Shown here: piece after piece, positions 1 to 9,179 of the stretch
How positions within the stretch are numbered: position 1 is the stretch's first letter
How the letters are laid out: each line of letters opens with the position of its first letter
IMG/VR virus record: IMGVR_UViG_3300032247_000689
Coordinates: 31,816 to 95,815 of that record
DNA from: a virus
Taxonomy: Duplodnaviria > Caudoviricetes
DNA: 64,000 nucleotides
Strand: one strand, 5' to 3'
Notes under the pieces: generated by a model
Database searches by the model: none
Seen by the model: the letters and a program-made list of their open reading frames with translations, nothing else
Told to the model about the DNA's origin: nothing
Position numbers and translations under genes: made by a program

Positions 1-24
1 TCGTGCGGATATGGAAAGAGACAA

Positions 25-258
25 GTGAGCAAAGACCCAGGACTATACACAGACTCAACTGGCGAAGGCATGGCTGGAGCAGAAGACGTCAGCTTAGAGA
101 CCCAGCGCGAGCTAAAGCGCACCACATATAACGGTACAGGCTCCTGCAAAGCATGCGGCATGCAAATCGACCCTGTACAATCGTTGATGAATCAAGAATT
201 GTGTCCTTCTTGCCGTCGCAGGAAGATGCATTCACGAGTGAAAGGACGAATGGCATGA
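25..258 (+). CDS. Small Zn-finger hypothetical protein
   Basis: CKAC...CPSC motif; GGAAAGAG upstream of GTG. Confidence 0.6.
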   Translation: MSKDPGLYTDSTGEGMAGAEDVSLETQRELKRTTYNGTGSCKACGMQIDPVQSLMNQELCPSCRRRKMHSRVKGRMA

Positions 259-464
259 CCGTTCGTAAGTCTATGTCACAGAACGTGGCTATGGTAGAGG
301 GCGCAACAGACGGTAAGTACCGCAAGCGTCGTCCTAATACTACAGTTGCACCAGCAATGGGTGACGAACTAATGGTTAAGAACCGTGCAGACCTGCACCC
401 ATACATGAACTACGGTTTCATTAACTCAGAAGAAACCGCTAAGGTTAACCCAGCAGGTAACTAA
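255..464 (+). CDS. Hypothetical protein (start moved to ATG 255)
   Basis: ATGA overlap with the previous stop; coupled to the next ORF by TAATG. Confidence 0.55.
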   Translation: MTVRKSMSQNVAMVEGATDGKYRKRRPNTTVAPAMGDELMVKNRADLHPYMNYGFINSEETAKVNPAGN

Positions 465-796
465 TGGTTGAAGACCGCGCCAATAACCCAGCACGTAAGG
501 TTGACCTACCAAACAGCCTCGGTGGTGTTTCCTTTATGCAACAGCAGATTCCAGATAATGTAAGTGCCGCGTTGCTTCCAGGGTCTGGTGTTAGTAAAGC
601 AGGTAATGGTGTGCGCGTTATTGACCGCTCAAAAGATAGACTAGGACTTGCTCATAGCGCAGAGTCCTATAACAAGATTAGTACAGATGTAACAAACTTA
701 CGTAAGTCAGGTGACGCTGCAAAGTACAGTGCTTCAGTTGTTGAGGGGCGTAACGCAGGTACTCCAAAGAAAACTGTAAAGATTAAGAGCAACTAA
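464..796 (+). CDS. Hypothetical protein
   Basis: Part of a TAATG-coupled ORF chain. Confidence 0.6.
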   Translation: MVEDRANNPARKVDLPNSLGGVSFMQQQIPDNVSAALLPGSGVSKAGNGVRVIDRSKDRLGLAHSAESYNKISTDVTNLRKSGDAAKYSASVVEGRNAGTPKKTVKIKSN

Positions 797-987
797 TGAG
801 CGCGCCAGATAGAAGCGGTGATGCAAGCCGTCAGGCTAATTACGAAAAGCTATTAGGCAAGTATGCCGACGAGCTCATGCATCCTAAGAAGTACGACCAT
901 GAAGAGAGCAAGGCTGATAAAGCCGCTAATGATGAGTCGTTATTTGCAACAGAAGGACGAATACCAGAAAGCTGGACGGAGAAGTAA
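796..987 (+). CDS. Hypothetical protein
   Basis: Part of a TAATG-coupled ORF chain. Confidence 0.55.
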   Translation: MSAPDRSGDASRQANYEKLLGKYADELMHPKKYDHEESKADKAANDESLFATEGRIPESWTEK

Positions 988-1214
988 TGGCTACAAAGAA
1001 AGCAGCAGCGCCTAAAGAAGCAGCTCCTAAAGCAGCAGCGCCAAAGAAAACAGCCGCACCTAAGAAGCCAAAAGAAATTGGTATGGCTGGCGGAAAATTA
1101 GAGACATTTAAAGCAAGTAATCCTGAATCAGTAGAGAAGTTTAAAGATGCACTACACGCTGGCAAAGTTGGCTCAATGGGTCATGCTGGCGGTCAATGGG
1201 AATTTCTTAAGTAA
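987..1214 (+). CDS. Small Lys/Ala/Pro-rich basic protein (histone H1-like repeats)
   Basis: AAPK repeats at the N-terminus. Confidence 0.6.
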   Translation: MATKKAAAPKEAAPKAAAPKKTAAPKKPKEIGMAGGKLETFKASNPESVEKFKDALHAGKVGSMGHAGGQWEFLK

Positions 1215-1270
1215 TAGCCCCATTAAAAAACTGAAGGTTAAGCCTGTCGTCAATGACAGTAGCCTTCTTA

Positions 1271-1285
1271 TGTTAGGATTACGAC
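1271..1285 (+). promoter_or_regulatory. Extended -10 promoter for a leaderless mRNA
   Basis: TG-T-TAGGAT, then 6 nt, then ATG 1286; no SD. Confidence 0.6.
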
Positions 1286-1852
1286 ATGGTATACGACTTA
1301 GCCCAGTTTAAAAAAGCCGCAATAGACCCTAAAGAACCGCATATGCGCGTTCTTAAGTGCATCAAGTGCCGTTCTATTGAAGAAGTCCCAGATTATGAGG
1401 GGCCTGAGGGCGGAGAGAATACCCAAGAGTTTGACCTTTCGCTGAAGTTCTTTACAGACCAGCATGTTAATAAAGGGTGTAAACGAGACGATTTCGTAAC
1501 CGTCCGATTTCCAACCCGTTTTTGGATTATTCCTAAAGTAAAAGAAAGCATCATTGCACAGTTCAATGAGGGCGCCCAAGGCCTTGATGTATTTGGCACA
1601 CACTTCTACGACACCAAGAATAACTTTCAAGCAGACGCTATGAATTGCTGGATGAAAGAACATAACCAGACAGAAGACTGCGGTGATTATAAGTCTGATA
1701 AGAAACGCCTAAAACCAGGCACATCTGTAGAGCGTATGCAGTTGGGTATGGAAAAGGAAAGCACAGGGCCAAAGGTATATCTATGCGATTACTGCCCTTA
1801 CAAGTCCCTTGTGCAGAAGAAAGCATTTAAGAGGATGGGCTTAGATAAGTAG
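1286..1852 (+). CDS. Cys-rich (Zn-binding) hypothetical protein
   Basis: CIKC, H..GC, C..H..C and CDYCP motifs. Confidence 0.7.
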   Translation: MVYDLAQFKKAAIDPKEPHMRVLKCIKCRSIEEVPDYEGPEGGENTQEFDLSLKFFTDQHVNKGCKRDDFVTVRFPTRFWIIPKVKESIIAQFNEGAQGLDVFGTHFYDTKNNFQADAMNCWMKEHNQTEDCGDYKSDKKRLKPGTSVERMQLGMEKESTGPKVYLCDYCPYKSLVQKKAFKRMGLDK

Positions 1853-1903
1853 GCTTTCTAAAGCCGTTGTATACTGTATTTACAGGCTATCTAAGGGGGA
1901 ACA

Positions 1904-2110
1904 ATGTTTCTCGGAATGACTTGTAGTTGCGGCGCATCGTTAGAGGCGGATGCCTATGAAAACGATACGCTTATCATGCTATGGGCTAATTCATTTATCA
2001 GCGCGCATCAAGCGTGTGGGTATATGAGTCAATTTAAAGAGCCCAATGCAAAGGAAAACACTGTTCGCTACGACGTTATGCCCAAGGAACGCCACGAGAA
2101 AGAACTATAA
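1904..2110 (+). CDS. Small Zn-binding hypothetical protein
   Basis: CSCG...H..C; SD AAGGGGGA. Confidence 0.6.
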   Translation: MFLGMTCSCGASLEADAYENDTLIMLWANSFISAHQACGYMSQFKEPNAKENTVRYDVMPKERHEKEL

Positions 2111-2117
2111 TACTTAG
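2106..2117 (+). promoter_or_regulatory. -10 promoter for a leaderless mRNA
   Basis: TATAAT, 6 nt, ATG 2118. Confidence 0.65.
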
Positions 2118-3050
2118 ATGGACATCTACTCAACGCTCGCTGCACAAGCCGAGCCCGTATCAGTAGAGCCATCTGAAACTTCGTATTTTAGTACCCCAGG
2201 GGCAGGGTTAGACCCAAGACTATTTATCAACAATAAGCTTGTGCCATCTGTTCGCTCATCAGTTTTACGCATTTTAATTGAGCACTTAAAGTTTCACTAT
2301 TACAACCCAGAAGCGTTTATCACCGTTTGGTTGGCTGGGTCAGCCGTAAGTTATCAATGGAGCGCCGCTCGTAAACCTGCCGATTTAGATTGCCTTATCG
2401 GGGTCAACTACCTACAGTTCAGGCAGACCAACCCAGAGTTTAAATCTTTGAGCGATGCTCAGATTGCCGCTATGTTCAACGAGGACTTTAGACAAGATTT
2501 ACATCCGTTGACCAAAGACTTTATGGGCACGTTTGAGTTGACCTTTTACGTCAATGTTAAATCAGACATCCGTTCTATCAAACCATACGCAGCTTATTCA
2601 TTAACCCACGATGACTGGACAGTTCAACCTGAGGTCAAAGCGCCACCCCGTAATAAAGCGTGGGAGCAAAAGGTAACAAAAGATACATCTATGACTACCG
2701 AGATTCTATCTCGTTACTCAGTAGCCCTTGACGGTATTAGTCAAGCAACTACCGATTCTGCACGACGCAACTCAGAGGCTGCGTTAAAACTTGCGGTAGA
2801 ACAAGGTGCTGCTTTATTTGATGATATTCACAAGGGTCGTACTTATGCTTTTAGTCCCTCAGGACAAGGATATTCCGACATCTATAACTATCGCTGGCAG
2901 GCTGGCAAACAAGCTGGTACTGTTCAGGCATTGCGTAAATTAAAGGATATATCCGTTAAGGGACGCAAAGCATTTGAAGAGTCAACCTATGGGATGTCAC
3001 TTCCAGATGCTAGTACGCTAGTGCGCAGAGCACTTGGCGCACGTCGTTAA
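2118..3050 (+). CDS. Pol-beta superfamily nucleotidyltransferase
   Basis: WLAGSAVSYQW...ADLDCLIGV = hG[GS]x(9-13)DhD signature; a third acidic residue in ELTFYV. Confidence 0.7.
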   Translation: MDIYSTLAAQAEPVSVEPSETSYFSTPGAGLDPRLFINNKLVPSVRSSVLRILIEHLKFHYYNPEAFITVWLAGSAVSYQWSAARKPADLDCLIGVNYLQFRQTNPEFKSLSDAQIAAMFNEDFRQDLHPLTKDFMGTFELTFYVNVKSDIRSIKPYAAYSLTHDDWTVQPEVKAPPRNKAWEQKVTKDTSMTTEILSRYSVALDGISQATTDSARRNSEAALKLAVEQGAALFDDIHKGRTYAFSPSGQGYSDIYNYRWQAGKQAGTVQALRKLKDISVKGRKAFEESTYGMSLPDASTLVRRALGARR

Positions 3051-3074
3051 TTTAATAACAGGAGAACTCTATTC

Positions 3075-3539
3075 GTGGCAACACTTATCTTTGTCGACCA
3101 TGTATTGCGCAGTCATACAGGTACGCCCGTCAAGCAGGGCATCGCGTTATATAGAACCCTAAAAGAAAAAGAACGCGTACTTCTTCTTTGCTCGCATAAA
3201 AGTAAAGATGAGCGTTGGTTGCGCGAAAACAAGATTAATTTAGTTGATGACCTAATCGGCCCTGATGTTCCTTTTCTTGAAGAGAGTATGGAGTTTCGCC
3301 AAGTCCAGCATTGCCGCGCTAACTGGCCTATTGATTTAGTTATCACAGGGGACACAGAGTTAGCCGCCCGTTTACTTGAGGCGGGGATGACCACGATGTT
3401 ATTCCTACACCCTACCTACATTAGCGAGAAGTTCAGACCTGATAGCCGTCAAGGAGTTAAACCGTGGGCTGAGATGACTGAGCAATTGATTAAGCAACAA
3501 GAGTCCTACGTTGAAGACCATCGAGTTCAAGAACTATGA
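3075..3539 (+). CDS. Degenerate HAD-like fold protein
   Basis: LIFVDHVLR resembles HAD motif I with the first Asp lost; SD GGAG. Confidence 0.45.
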   Translation: MATLIFVDHVLRSHTGTPVKQGIALYRTLKEKERVLLLCSHKSKDERWLRENKINLVDDLIGPDVPFLEESMEFRQVQHCRANWPIDLVITGDTELAARLLEAGMTTMLFLHPTYISEKFRPDSRQGVKPWAEMTEQLIKQQESYVEDHRVQEL

Positions 3540-4990
3540 GACTTATCTATTTGGGGGCAGATGTCCCTAGCAATCGCACCCTTCTTGAAACAACCACCGC
3601 TAACCATGTGGGGGTAAGTTACTGGCGCTTAGTTCAACGGGGGCTACCTAAGAAGAGCCATTACCTGCTGAAGAACTACTTTAAGGATGACTTCTACATC
3701 TATGTGCACCCTGGAATACCTAAAGACAATAGGCTTAGCCCAGAGGAGTTAGACGCTTTTCAAGCTGAGTACGAAGAGTTCATCGCCAACAATATCGAGC
3801 GCATAACCACCTTCAATGAGATTAACGCTGACTGGGTTCCACAGTCATTTGTAGAGCAACAGCGTTCTACCTGCTGGTCACAGGTTCCGCCTATTAAGTT
3901 TCAGCCTATCTGGGAGCCGTCCACAGGGTTTGCAGAACTGAACAAGATGGCTGAGTATTATCTGGACATTGCCGTTCCTGGAGACGCTTTAGAGGCTGAG
4001 ACTCAACTAGCCACGGTAGCCCGCACGTTGGCGCGTAAGGGCACTAGGTTTCATATCCTAGGCTCAGCCAAGCCCGACAACCTTAGGTCTGTCCCTGCTG
4101 AGACCGCCAGCACTATGTCATGGCTTAGCCCTATGATGAATGGTGAAACTATTGTCTGGGACGGTATGAAGTTGGTTCGCTATCCCAAGCGGATGAAAGA
4201 CCAAGCCCGTTCTCGATACCGCAACGTGTATCTGAAAGCTGGTATAAATGCAGATAGGATTCTGGAAGATGACGATAAGGAAGTCTGCCGTCTGGCGGTC
4301 TGGTCTTACCAACAGTATGAAGCGAGGTTAAACGGCGTGAGTAATGAAGACTTCTTATCTGATAAGAGCGAGTGGAGTGAAGTGGAGCGAAGTGGGGAAA
4401 GCACCCCCTCTGATATTGATAAGAAGGTAGGTGAGGTGCGGAAACTTGAGCCTCGAAATCCTGCTGAAATGGGTAATTTACCTGTCTTTGGATTCAATAC
4501 AACAACCGAGGTAGAAGACGATGGAACCATCAAAGATGTGACCACCGTAAGCTCGCAACATGTGTCTTTGCGTATGTGCGATACCTGCTTTGTAGCCGCT
4601 AACTGTCCTGCTTTTAAGCCCGCAAACACCTGCGCTTTTAAGTTACCTGTCGAGGTTAAGACCAAAGAACAACTACGCGCCCTACTCAATGCAATTATAG
4701 AAATGCAGGGACAACGCGTTGCTTTTATGCGTTTTAGCGAAGAATTGAACGGTGGATACGCTGACCCTAATGTTTCTCAAGAGATTGACCGCCTATTTAA
4801 ATTGGTTAAAACAACAAAAGAGTTAGATGACTCACGTGAGTTTATCCGCATGACTGTCGAGCGCCAAGGCTCGGCTGGGGTACTATCATCCATCTTCGGA
4901 GACAAGGCAAACGTCCTCAAAGAACTTCCAAATGAGGGGCTTGATGAGGAGCAAACAACGAAGATTATTAAGGATTTAACAGAAGAATAG
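3536..4990 (+). CDS. TGT/DpdA-like TIM-barrel protein with a C-terminal Cys4 cluster
   Basis: FHILG...ASTMSW...NG resembles the HxLG/DSTSW motifs of phage tRNA-guanine-transglycosylase-like proteins; CDTC-x5-CP-x7-C near the C-terminus. Confidence 0.45.
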   Translation: MRLIYLGADVPSNRTLLETTTANHVGVSYWRLVQRGLPKKSHYLLKNYFKDDFYIYVHPGIPKDNRLSPEELDAFQAEYEEFIANNIERITTFNEINADWVPQSFVEQQRSTCWSQVPPIKFQPIWEPSTGFAELNKMAEYYLDIAVPGDALEAETQLATVARTLARKGTRFHILGSAKPDNLRSVPAETASTMSWLSPMMNGETIVWDGMKLVRYPKRMKDQARSRYRNVYLKAGINADRILEDDDKEVCRLAVWSYQQYEARLNGVSNEDFLSDKSEWSEVERSGESTPSDIDKKVGEVRKLEPRNPAEMGNLPVFGFNTTTEVEDDGTIKDVTTVSSQHVSLRMCDTCFVAANCPAFKPANTCAFKLPVEVKTKEQLRALLNAIIEMQGQRVAFMRFSEELNGGYADPNVSQEIDRLFKLVKTTKELDDSREFIRMTVERQGSAGVLSSIFGDKANVLKELPNEGLDEEQTTKIIKDLTEE

Positions 4991-5104
4991 CCTGTCCTTT
5001 TATCATATAAAAAACGACTAGCACAGGCGGGAATTACCTTCCCGCTGAACTGACACAACTTTATATCTAAACTTAAAAACTCAACTTAATAGAACGGGGT
5101 AAGT

Positions 5105-7123
5105 ATGGCTTTGTCCTTCCATCTGGCGGACGATTTCGTTTCTGGCTACAAAACTAAGAGAGTGCCGTGGGGTTATAAAGACGCTGGCGGTAACTCGGTA
5201 GGAGAGATTACCTTCCTACGAACCTACTCCCGTAAGAAAGAAGATGGGACTAAGGAGACTTGGGTTGAGGTATGCGAGCGCGTAATCAACGGTATGTACT
5301 CTTTGCAGAAAGACCACGCTAAGACTAACCGCCTACCATGGAATGACGCTAAGGCACAGGCTTCTGCTAAAGAAGCTTTTGACCGCCTCTTTAATCTAAA
5401 GTGGACTCCGCCTGGACGTGGGCTTTGGGTTATGGGTACGCCTCTCGTTAATGAACAACGCAACTCAGCCGCCCTACAGAATTGCTCTTTTGTCTCAACC
5501 GAGTCAATGACTAAGCTTAACCCCGCTAAACCTTTTGCTTTCCTAATGGAAGCGTCGATGCTTGGCGTAGGCGTAGGTTTTGACGACAAAGGCGCGGATA
5601 AAGACTTTACTATTTATGCACCGCAACAAGGAGATACATATGTCATCCCAGATACCCGAGAAGGATGGGTTGAAAGTACCTCTGCCCTCATCAATAGTTA
5701 CCTTAAGCCAGATTCGAAGTCGCCTACTTTCGACTACGGGCTCATTAGACCAGCAGGAACTCCGATTAAAACCTTTGGCGGAACCGCAGCGGGGCACGAA
5801 CCGCTAGAAAAACTACACAACTACATTCGAACTCTTTTTAAGGAGCGTTCAGGTGAAAAGCTTACTCGCAAGGATATTGCTGATATTGGTAATCTCATCG
5901 GCGTGTGTGTGGTTAGTGGAAACGTGCGCCGTTCTGCTGAACTTTTAATGGGTCGTTTGGATGACAAGGACTTTCTCAATCTAAAGAACCCAGAGGTATA
6001 CCCAGAGCGTAACTCGTATGACCCTAAGAACCCTGGTTGGGCTTGGATGTCAAACAACTCGGTCGAAGTTTGTGTTGGAGACGACATGAGCCACATCATT
6101 GATGGCATCGCTCTCAACGGTGAGCCTGGGGTTATTTGGATGGACGTGACTCGTAAGTATGGTCGTCTCATTGACCCACCTAACAACAAGGATTGGCGCG
6201 CTGCTGGGTACAACCCATGCGCAGAACAATCTCTTGAATCCTTTGAGTGCTGTACATTGGTGGAGACTTACATCAACCGCCACGATTCTCTTGATGACTT
6301 CAAGCGCACATTAAAGTTTGCGTATCTCTATGCCAAGACGGTAACTCTCTTGCCTACCCACTGGGAAGAAACAAATGCAATCATGCAACGCAACCGTCGT
6401 ATCGGTACATCTATCTCTGGTATTGCTAACTTTGCAGACCGCGTAGGACTTCCAACTCTTCGTGAGTGGATGGACTCTGGCTACGAAGTTGTACAGGCAT
6501 ATGACAAATCGTATTCAGAGTGGCTTGGTATCCGTGAGTCAATCAAGACTACAACCGTTAAGCCTAGTGGCACGGTCTCTATCTTGGCGGGAGAATCTCC
6601 TGGTGTGCATTGGACTCCTGGTGGACAATACTTCCTTCGTACTATCCGCTTTGCAAACGATGACCCTATGTTGCCTCTCTTTCAGTTTGCAGGATATAAA
6701 GTTGAACCCGCTTCTGAATCACCTAAGACTACTTCGGTAGTGTACTTTCCTATTCAATCTCAGGCTCTTCGAAGCGAGAAAGATGTCTCTATCTATGAAA
6801 AGACCTCTCTTGCCTCTATGGCGCAACGCCATTGGTCTGATAACTCTGTATCTGTAACGGTCTCTTTCCAGCCCAACGAAAAGAAAGATGTTGGTACAGT
6901 ATTACATATGTTTGACGGGCAGCTCAAAACCGTTTCCTTCTTACCTATGGGGAACGAGACCTACCCGCAAATGCCATACACACAGATAACTAAAGAAGAA
7001 TACGAAGCGAATACATTAAAACTCTTGCCGATTGACTTTACTGACGTATATGCAGGCATGGCGGCTGACGCTATTGGTGAAAAGTATTGCTCTACCGACT
7101 TCTGTGAAGTACCTAAGCCATAA
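5105..7123 (+). CDS. nrdJ: Class II adenosylcobalamin-dependent ribonucleoside-triphosphate reductase (monomeric type)
   Basis: PPGRGLW, LQNCSF, GNVRRSAE, NPCAEQ, TVKPSGT, and a C-terminal CxxxxC. Confidence 0.93.
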   Translation: MALSFHLADDFVSGYKTKRVPWGYKDAGGNSVGEITFLRTYSRKKEDGTKETWVEVCERVINGMYSLQKDHAKTNRLPWNDAKAQASAKEAFDRLFNLKWTPPGRGLWVMGTPLVNEQRNSAALQNCSFVSTESMTKLNPAKPFAFLMEASMLGVGVGFDDKGADKDFTIYAPQQGDTYVIPDTREGWVESTSALINSYLKPDSKSPTFDYGLIRPAGTPIKTFGGTAAGHEPLEKLHNYIRTLFKERSGEKLTRKDIADIGNLIGVCVVSGNVRRSAELLMGRLDDKDFLNLKNPEVYPERNSYDPKNPGWAWMSNNSVEVCVGDDMSHIIDGIALNGEPGVIWMDVTRKYGRLIDPPNNKDWRAAGYNPCAEQSLESFECCTLVETYINRHDSLDDFKRTLKFAYLYAKTVTLLPTHWEETNAIMQRNRRIGTSISGIANFADRVGLPTLREWMDSGYEVVQAYDKSYSEWLGIRESIKTTTVKPSGTVSILAGESPGVHWTPGGQYFLRTIRFANDDPMLPLFQFAGYKVEPASESPKTTSVVYFPIQSQALRSEKDVSIYEKTSLASMAQRHWSDNSVSVTVSFQPNEKKDVGTVLHMFDGQLKTVSFLPMGNETYPQMPYTQITKEEYEANTLKLLPIDFTDVYAGMAADAIGEKYCSTDFCEVPKP

Positions 7124-7135
7124 CGATTAAATAAT

Positions 7136-7168
7136 GAAGCCCCTGTGTGAGTGTTGCACAGGGGCTTC
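7136..7168. terminator. Hairpin between convergent nrdJ and the minus-strand island
   Basis: GAAGCCCCTGTG / CACAGGGGCTTC 12-bp stem. Confidence 0.75.
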
Positions 7169-7286
7169 TTAGTATTAAACGCAGGTACGGCTATCTCTCT
7201 CTTCCTAAAACCAATAAAAGAAAGTGAAAGGTCTTGACCGCCCTTAGCATGGAAAGGGTGTGCTTTAACGCCCAATACTATAGGGA

Positions 7287-7442
7287 TTAAATCTCTTCTT
7301 CGTCGTCCTCTTCTTCATCATCACAGAGGCAATCATCTCCACACTCTCCGCAATCGAAGCATTGGTCATCTTCCCACTCTTCAAGGTCATCTTCATCTTC
7401 AAGTTCAATCTCTTCAATATCAGGGGTTACTTCATCAGCCAC
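7287..7442 (-). CDS. Extremely acidic 51-aa Cys-containing protein (start GTG 7442)
   Basis: 30 of 51 residues are D/E with no K/R; CxxCxxC..CxC. Confidence 0.6.
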   Translation of the reverse strand: MADEVTPDIEEIELEDEDDLEEWEDDQCFDCGECGDDCLCDDEEEDDEEEI

Positions 7443-7446
7443 TCTC

Positions 7447-7734
7447 TTATGCCTCTCTCTTGAAGGATACTGTACCTGACCAAGACATAGGCTTGCCTTT
7501 AACATCAAGGTCTGCGCCAGCAATCATCTTGCAACTCTTTCTAGTTGTCATGGCTTGGACTCTCTCTTTAACCCAACGCTTGCCAGCACTAGCGTTAGAC
7601 CACGCTGTTTTTTCTACAACATAGCCTTCGTCAATTCCTTCATCTCTTACGCTAACGCTTGCTAACCATGCGCCACCCTTTTCAGGGTTCTTTTTTAGTG
7701 TTGCCTCGAATATAGCAGTTACTTTTCTAGCCAT
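7447..7734 (-). CDS. Hypothetical protein
   Basis: SD AAGGAG; in the operon chain. Confidence 0.7.
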   Translation of the reverse strand: MARKVTAIFEATLKKNPEKGGAWLASVSVRDEGIDEGYVVEKTAWSNASAGKRWVKERVQAMTTRKSCKMIAGADLDVKGKPMSWSGTVSFKREA

Positions 7735-8146
7735 TGTTATTCTCCTTTGTGACCCAATAGTACGGCATATCAGGCAATACGTTTGGGAACTTGTCTGAGT
7801 AGTATTCAGGGTTCTTTCTTATTAAGTTGCTTTGGTGAGATAGGTGAAGCCGTCTCTCTCCTAACCATGACGGTAGGATTACTCTACCATCATAGTTAAA
7901 TCTCTCTAGCATATTATCCGTGTAGCCACGCGCGCTCCACTCTATGCACATCTCTCTCCCATACTCTTTAAGCGCGCTCTCATAGCCCGCCCACATGAGT
8001 ACGGCAGGGTGGTTACGCCAGCCCTTTGTCTCTCCACGCAGGGCTCTTAATACTTGCCACGCTTCGACTCTCTGTTTACCTAGTCTCTTATAGTCCAGCA
8101 CTTGCGCCGTCTCTCTGAAACTAGGATAGGGAAGGAAGGTCTGCAC
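7727..8146 (-). CDS. Pyrimidine-dimer DNA glycosylase / endonuclease V-like protein (MSMEG_6728 family)
   Basis: MQTFLPY...LDYKRLGKQRVEAWQ...HPAVLMW...HLSHQSNLIRK. Confidence 0.8.
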   Translation of the reverse strand: MQTFLPYPSFRETAQVLDYKRLGKQRVEAWQVLRALRGETKGWRNHPAVLMWAGYESALKEYGREMCIEWSARGYTDNMLERFNYDGRVILPSWLGERRLHLSHQSNLIRKNPEYYSDKFPNVLPDMPYYWVTKENNNG

Positions 8147-8147
8147 G

Positions 8148-8300
8148 TTACGCCTCTAGGTATTGCACTATGACCCCAAGCGTTGTGTGTATAGCGCAAT
8201 CACAATCGCTCTCTTTATGGTCGTTGAAAGAATTAAAGTGTTCTAAATTATCCTCATAGATTACGTCAATAAGTTCGTTTATTGTATATAAATCACTCAT
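8148..8300 (-). CDS. Hypothetical 50-aa protein (not in the ORF track)
   Basis: MSDLYTINELID...YLEA fills the gap between two genes. Confidence 0.5.
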   Translation of the reverse strand: MSDLYTINELIDVIYEDNLEHFNSFNDHKESDCDCAIHTTLGVIVQYLEA

Positions 8301-8301
8301 C

Positions 8302-8742
8302 TTATCTCTCTCTCATACTGTTGAAGGCAATATCAACTGCGATATTAAACTTTATATCCATTTCCTCTGTCCACTCGATAGAGTTCATCTCTCCCCAGTT
8401 GATAAGGTTATGCTCATCTATGAAGTTATGAATCTCCAGCGCGGTATCCTCATTAACGGATAACATCTTACCTATCCACATGGTAAAGATATTCGTTTGG
8501 TGCGGTTTGCGTGTAGGCACTTCATAATCGTTGCAGATAGCGTCCACTAGGGCTACCCCTGCTATGTCTCTCTTGCTCCCCACATAGGTAAGGCGCAATC
8601 CTGAATCGGATAGGGCTTGAAGTACAGTTATATATTCTATATCTACATTTATATCTTTGTTAAGTTTGATTAGTTCTTCTAGCCTTATACCTAGTACGCA
8701 AGCGTAATCCTTCTGCGCAGTAACCTTATCGTTGTCGTTCAT
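8302..8742 (-). CDS. Hypothetical protein
   Basis: SD AAGGAG upstream. Confidence 0.65.
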   Translation of the reverse strand: MNDNDKVTAQKDYACVLGIRLEELIKLNKDINVDIEYITVLQALSDSGLRLTYVGSKRDIAGVALVDAICNDYEVPTRKPHQTNIFTMWIGKMLSVNEDTALEIHNFIDEHNLINWGEMNSIEWTEEMDIKFNIAVDIAFNSMRER

Positions 8743-8784
8743 ACTTCTCCTTCGATATTGGTCGAGTTACACTCGGCGCACTCA

Positions 8785-8910
8785 TTACATCTCATCTTTC
8801 TTATGCTTCCGTTTCCTAGTGTATCGCTTCTTATTCTTTATGGGGGTAGCGGAATTACTACGGCGTAACTCTAATAAACGGCGTAGTTCCTCTGCTGACT
8901 TCTTAAACAT
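8785..8910 (-). CDS. Basic 41-aa protein with an ArfA-like C-terminal motif (not in the ORF track)
   Basis: MFKKSAEELRRLLELRRSNSATPIKNKKRYTRKRKHKKDEM; SD AAGGA. Confidence 0.6.
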   Translation of the reverse strand: MFKKSAEELRRLLELRRSNSATPIKNKKRYTRKRKHKKDEM

Positions 8911-8930
8911 CTTTCCTTATCCTTTGTTAG

Positions 8931-9009
8931 ATAACCCTAGCGCGTACTACGTCCTTAGTGTGTCGAACGGTACGTTGCAAGTCAATTCGCGTAATCGCGC
9001 TAGGGTTAT
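8931..9009. repeat. 14-bp perfect inverted repeat enclosing a promoter-like spacer
   Basis: ATAACCCTAGCGCG (8931-8944) / CGCGCTAGGGTTAT (8996-9009). Confidence 0.75.
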
Positions 9010-9012
9010 TCT

Positions 9013-9173
9013 GTAACTCAATAGGTACTGCGCTTTCGTGTCTATCATTTACTCGATACTATGCTGGCGAAACTATACTGCTGGTTACGGCTATCATAGT
9101 TTTCACCGTAATCCGTCGCGTTGTTATGGAGTAAGACCCTGTTTCATAGGCTAGACCAATCCTATTAAGTAAC
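9013..9173 (-). ncRNA. Putative structured RNA, unit A of a tandem pair
   Basis: Closing stem GUUACUUAAUAGG/CCUAUUGAGUUAC; shares UAGGAUUGGUC and CGCAGUACCUA with unit B. Confidence 0.5.
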
Positions 9174-9179
9174 TTTGCA

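Noticed and set aside
8732-9016. Plus-strand ORFs within the island (e.g. 8732-9016, 15636-15980, 16556-16957, 17256-17456)
   Set aside because: They are antisense to better-supported minus-strand genes or run across palindromic non-coding elements, and have no RBS.
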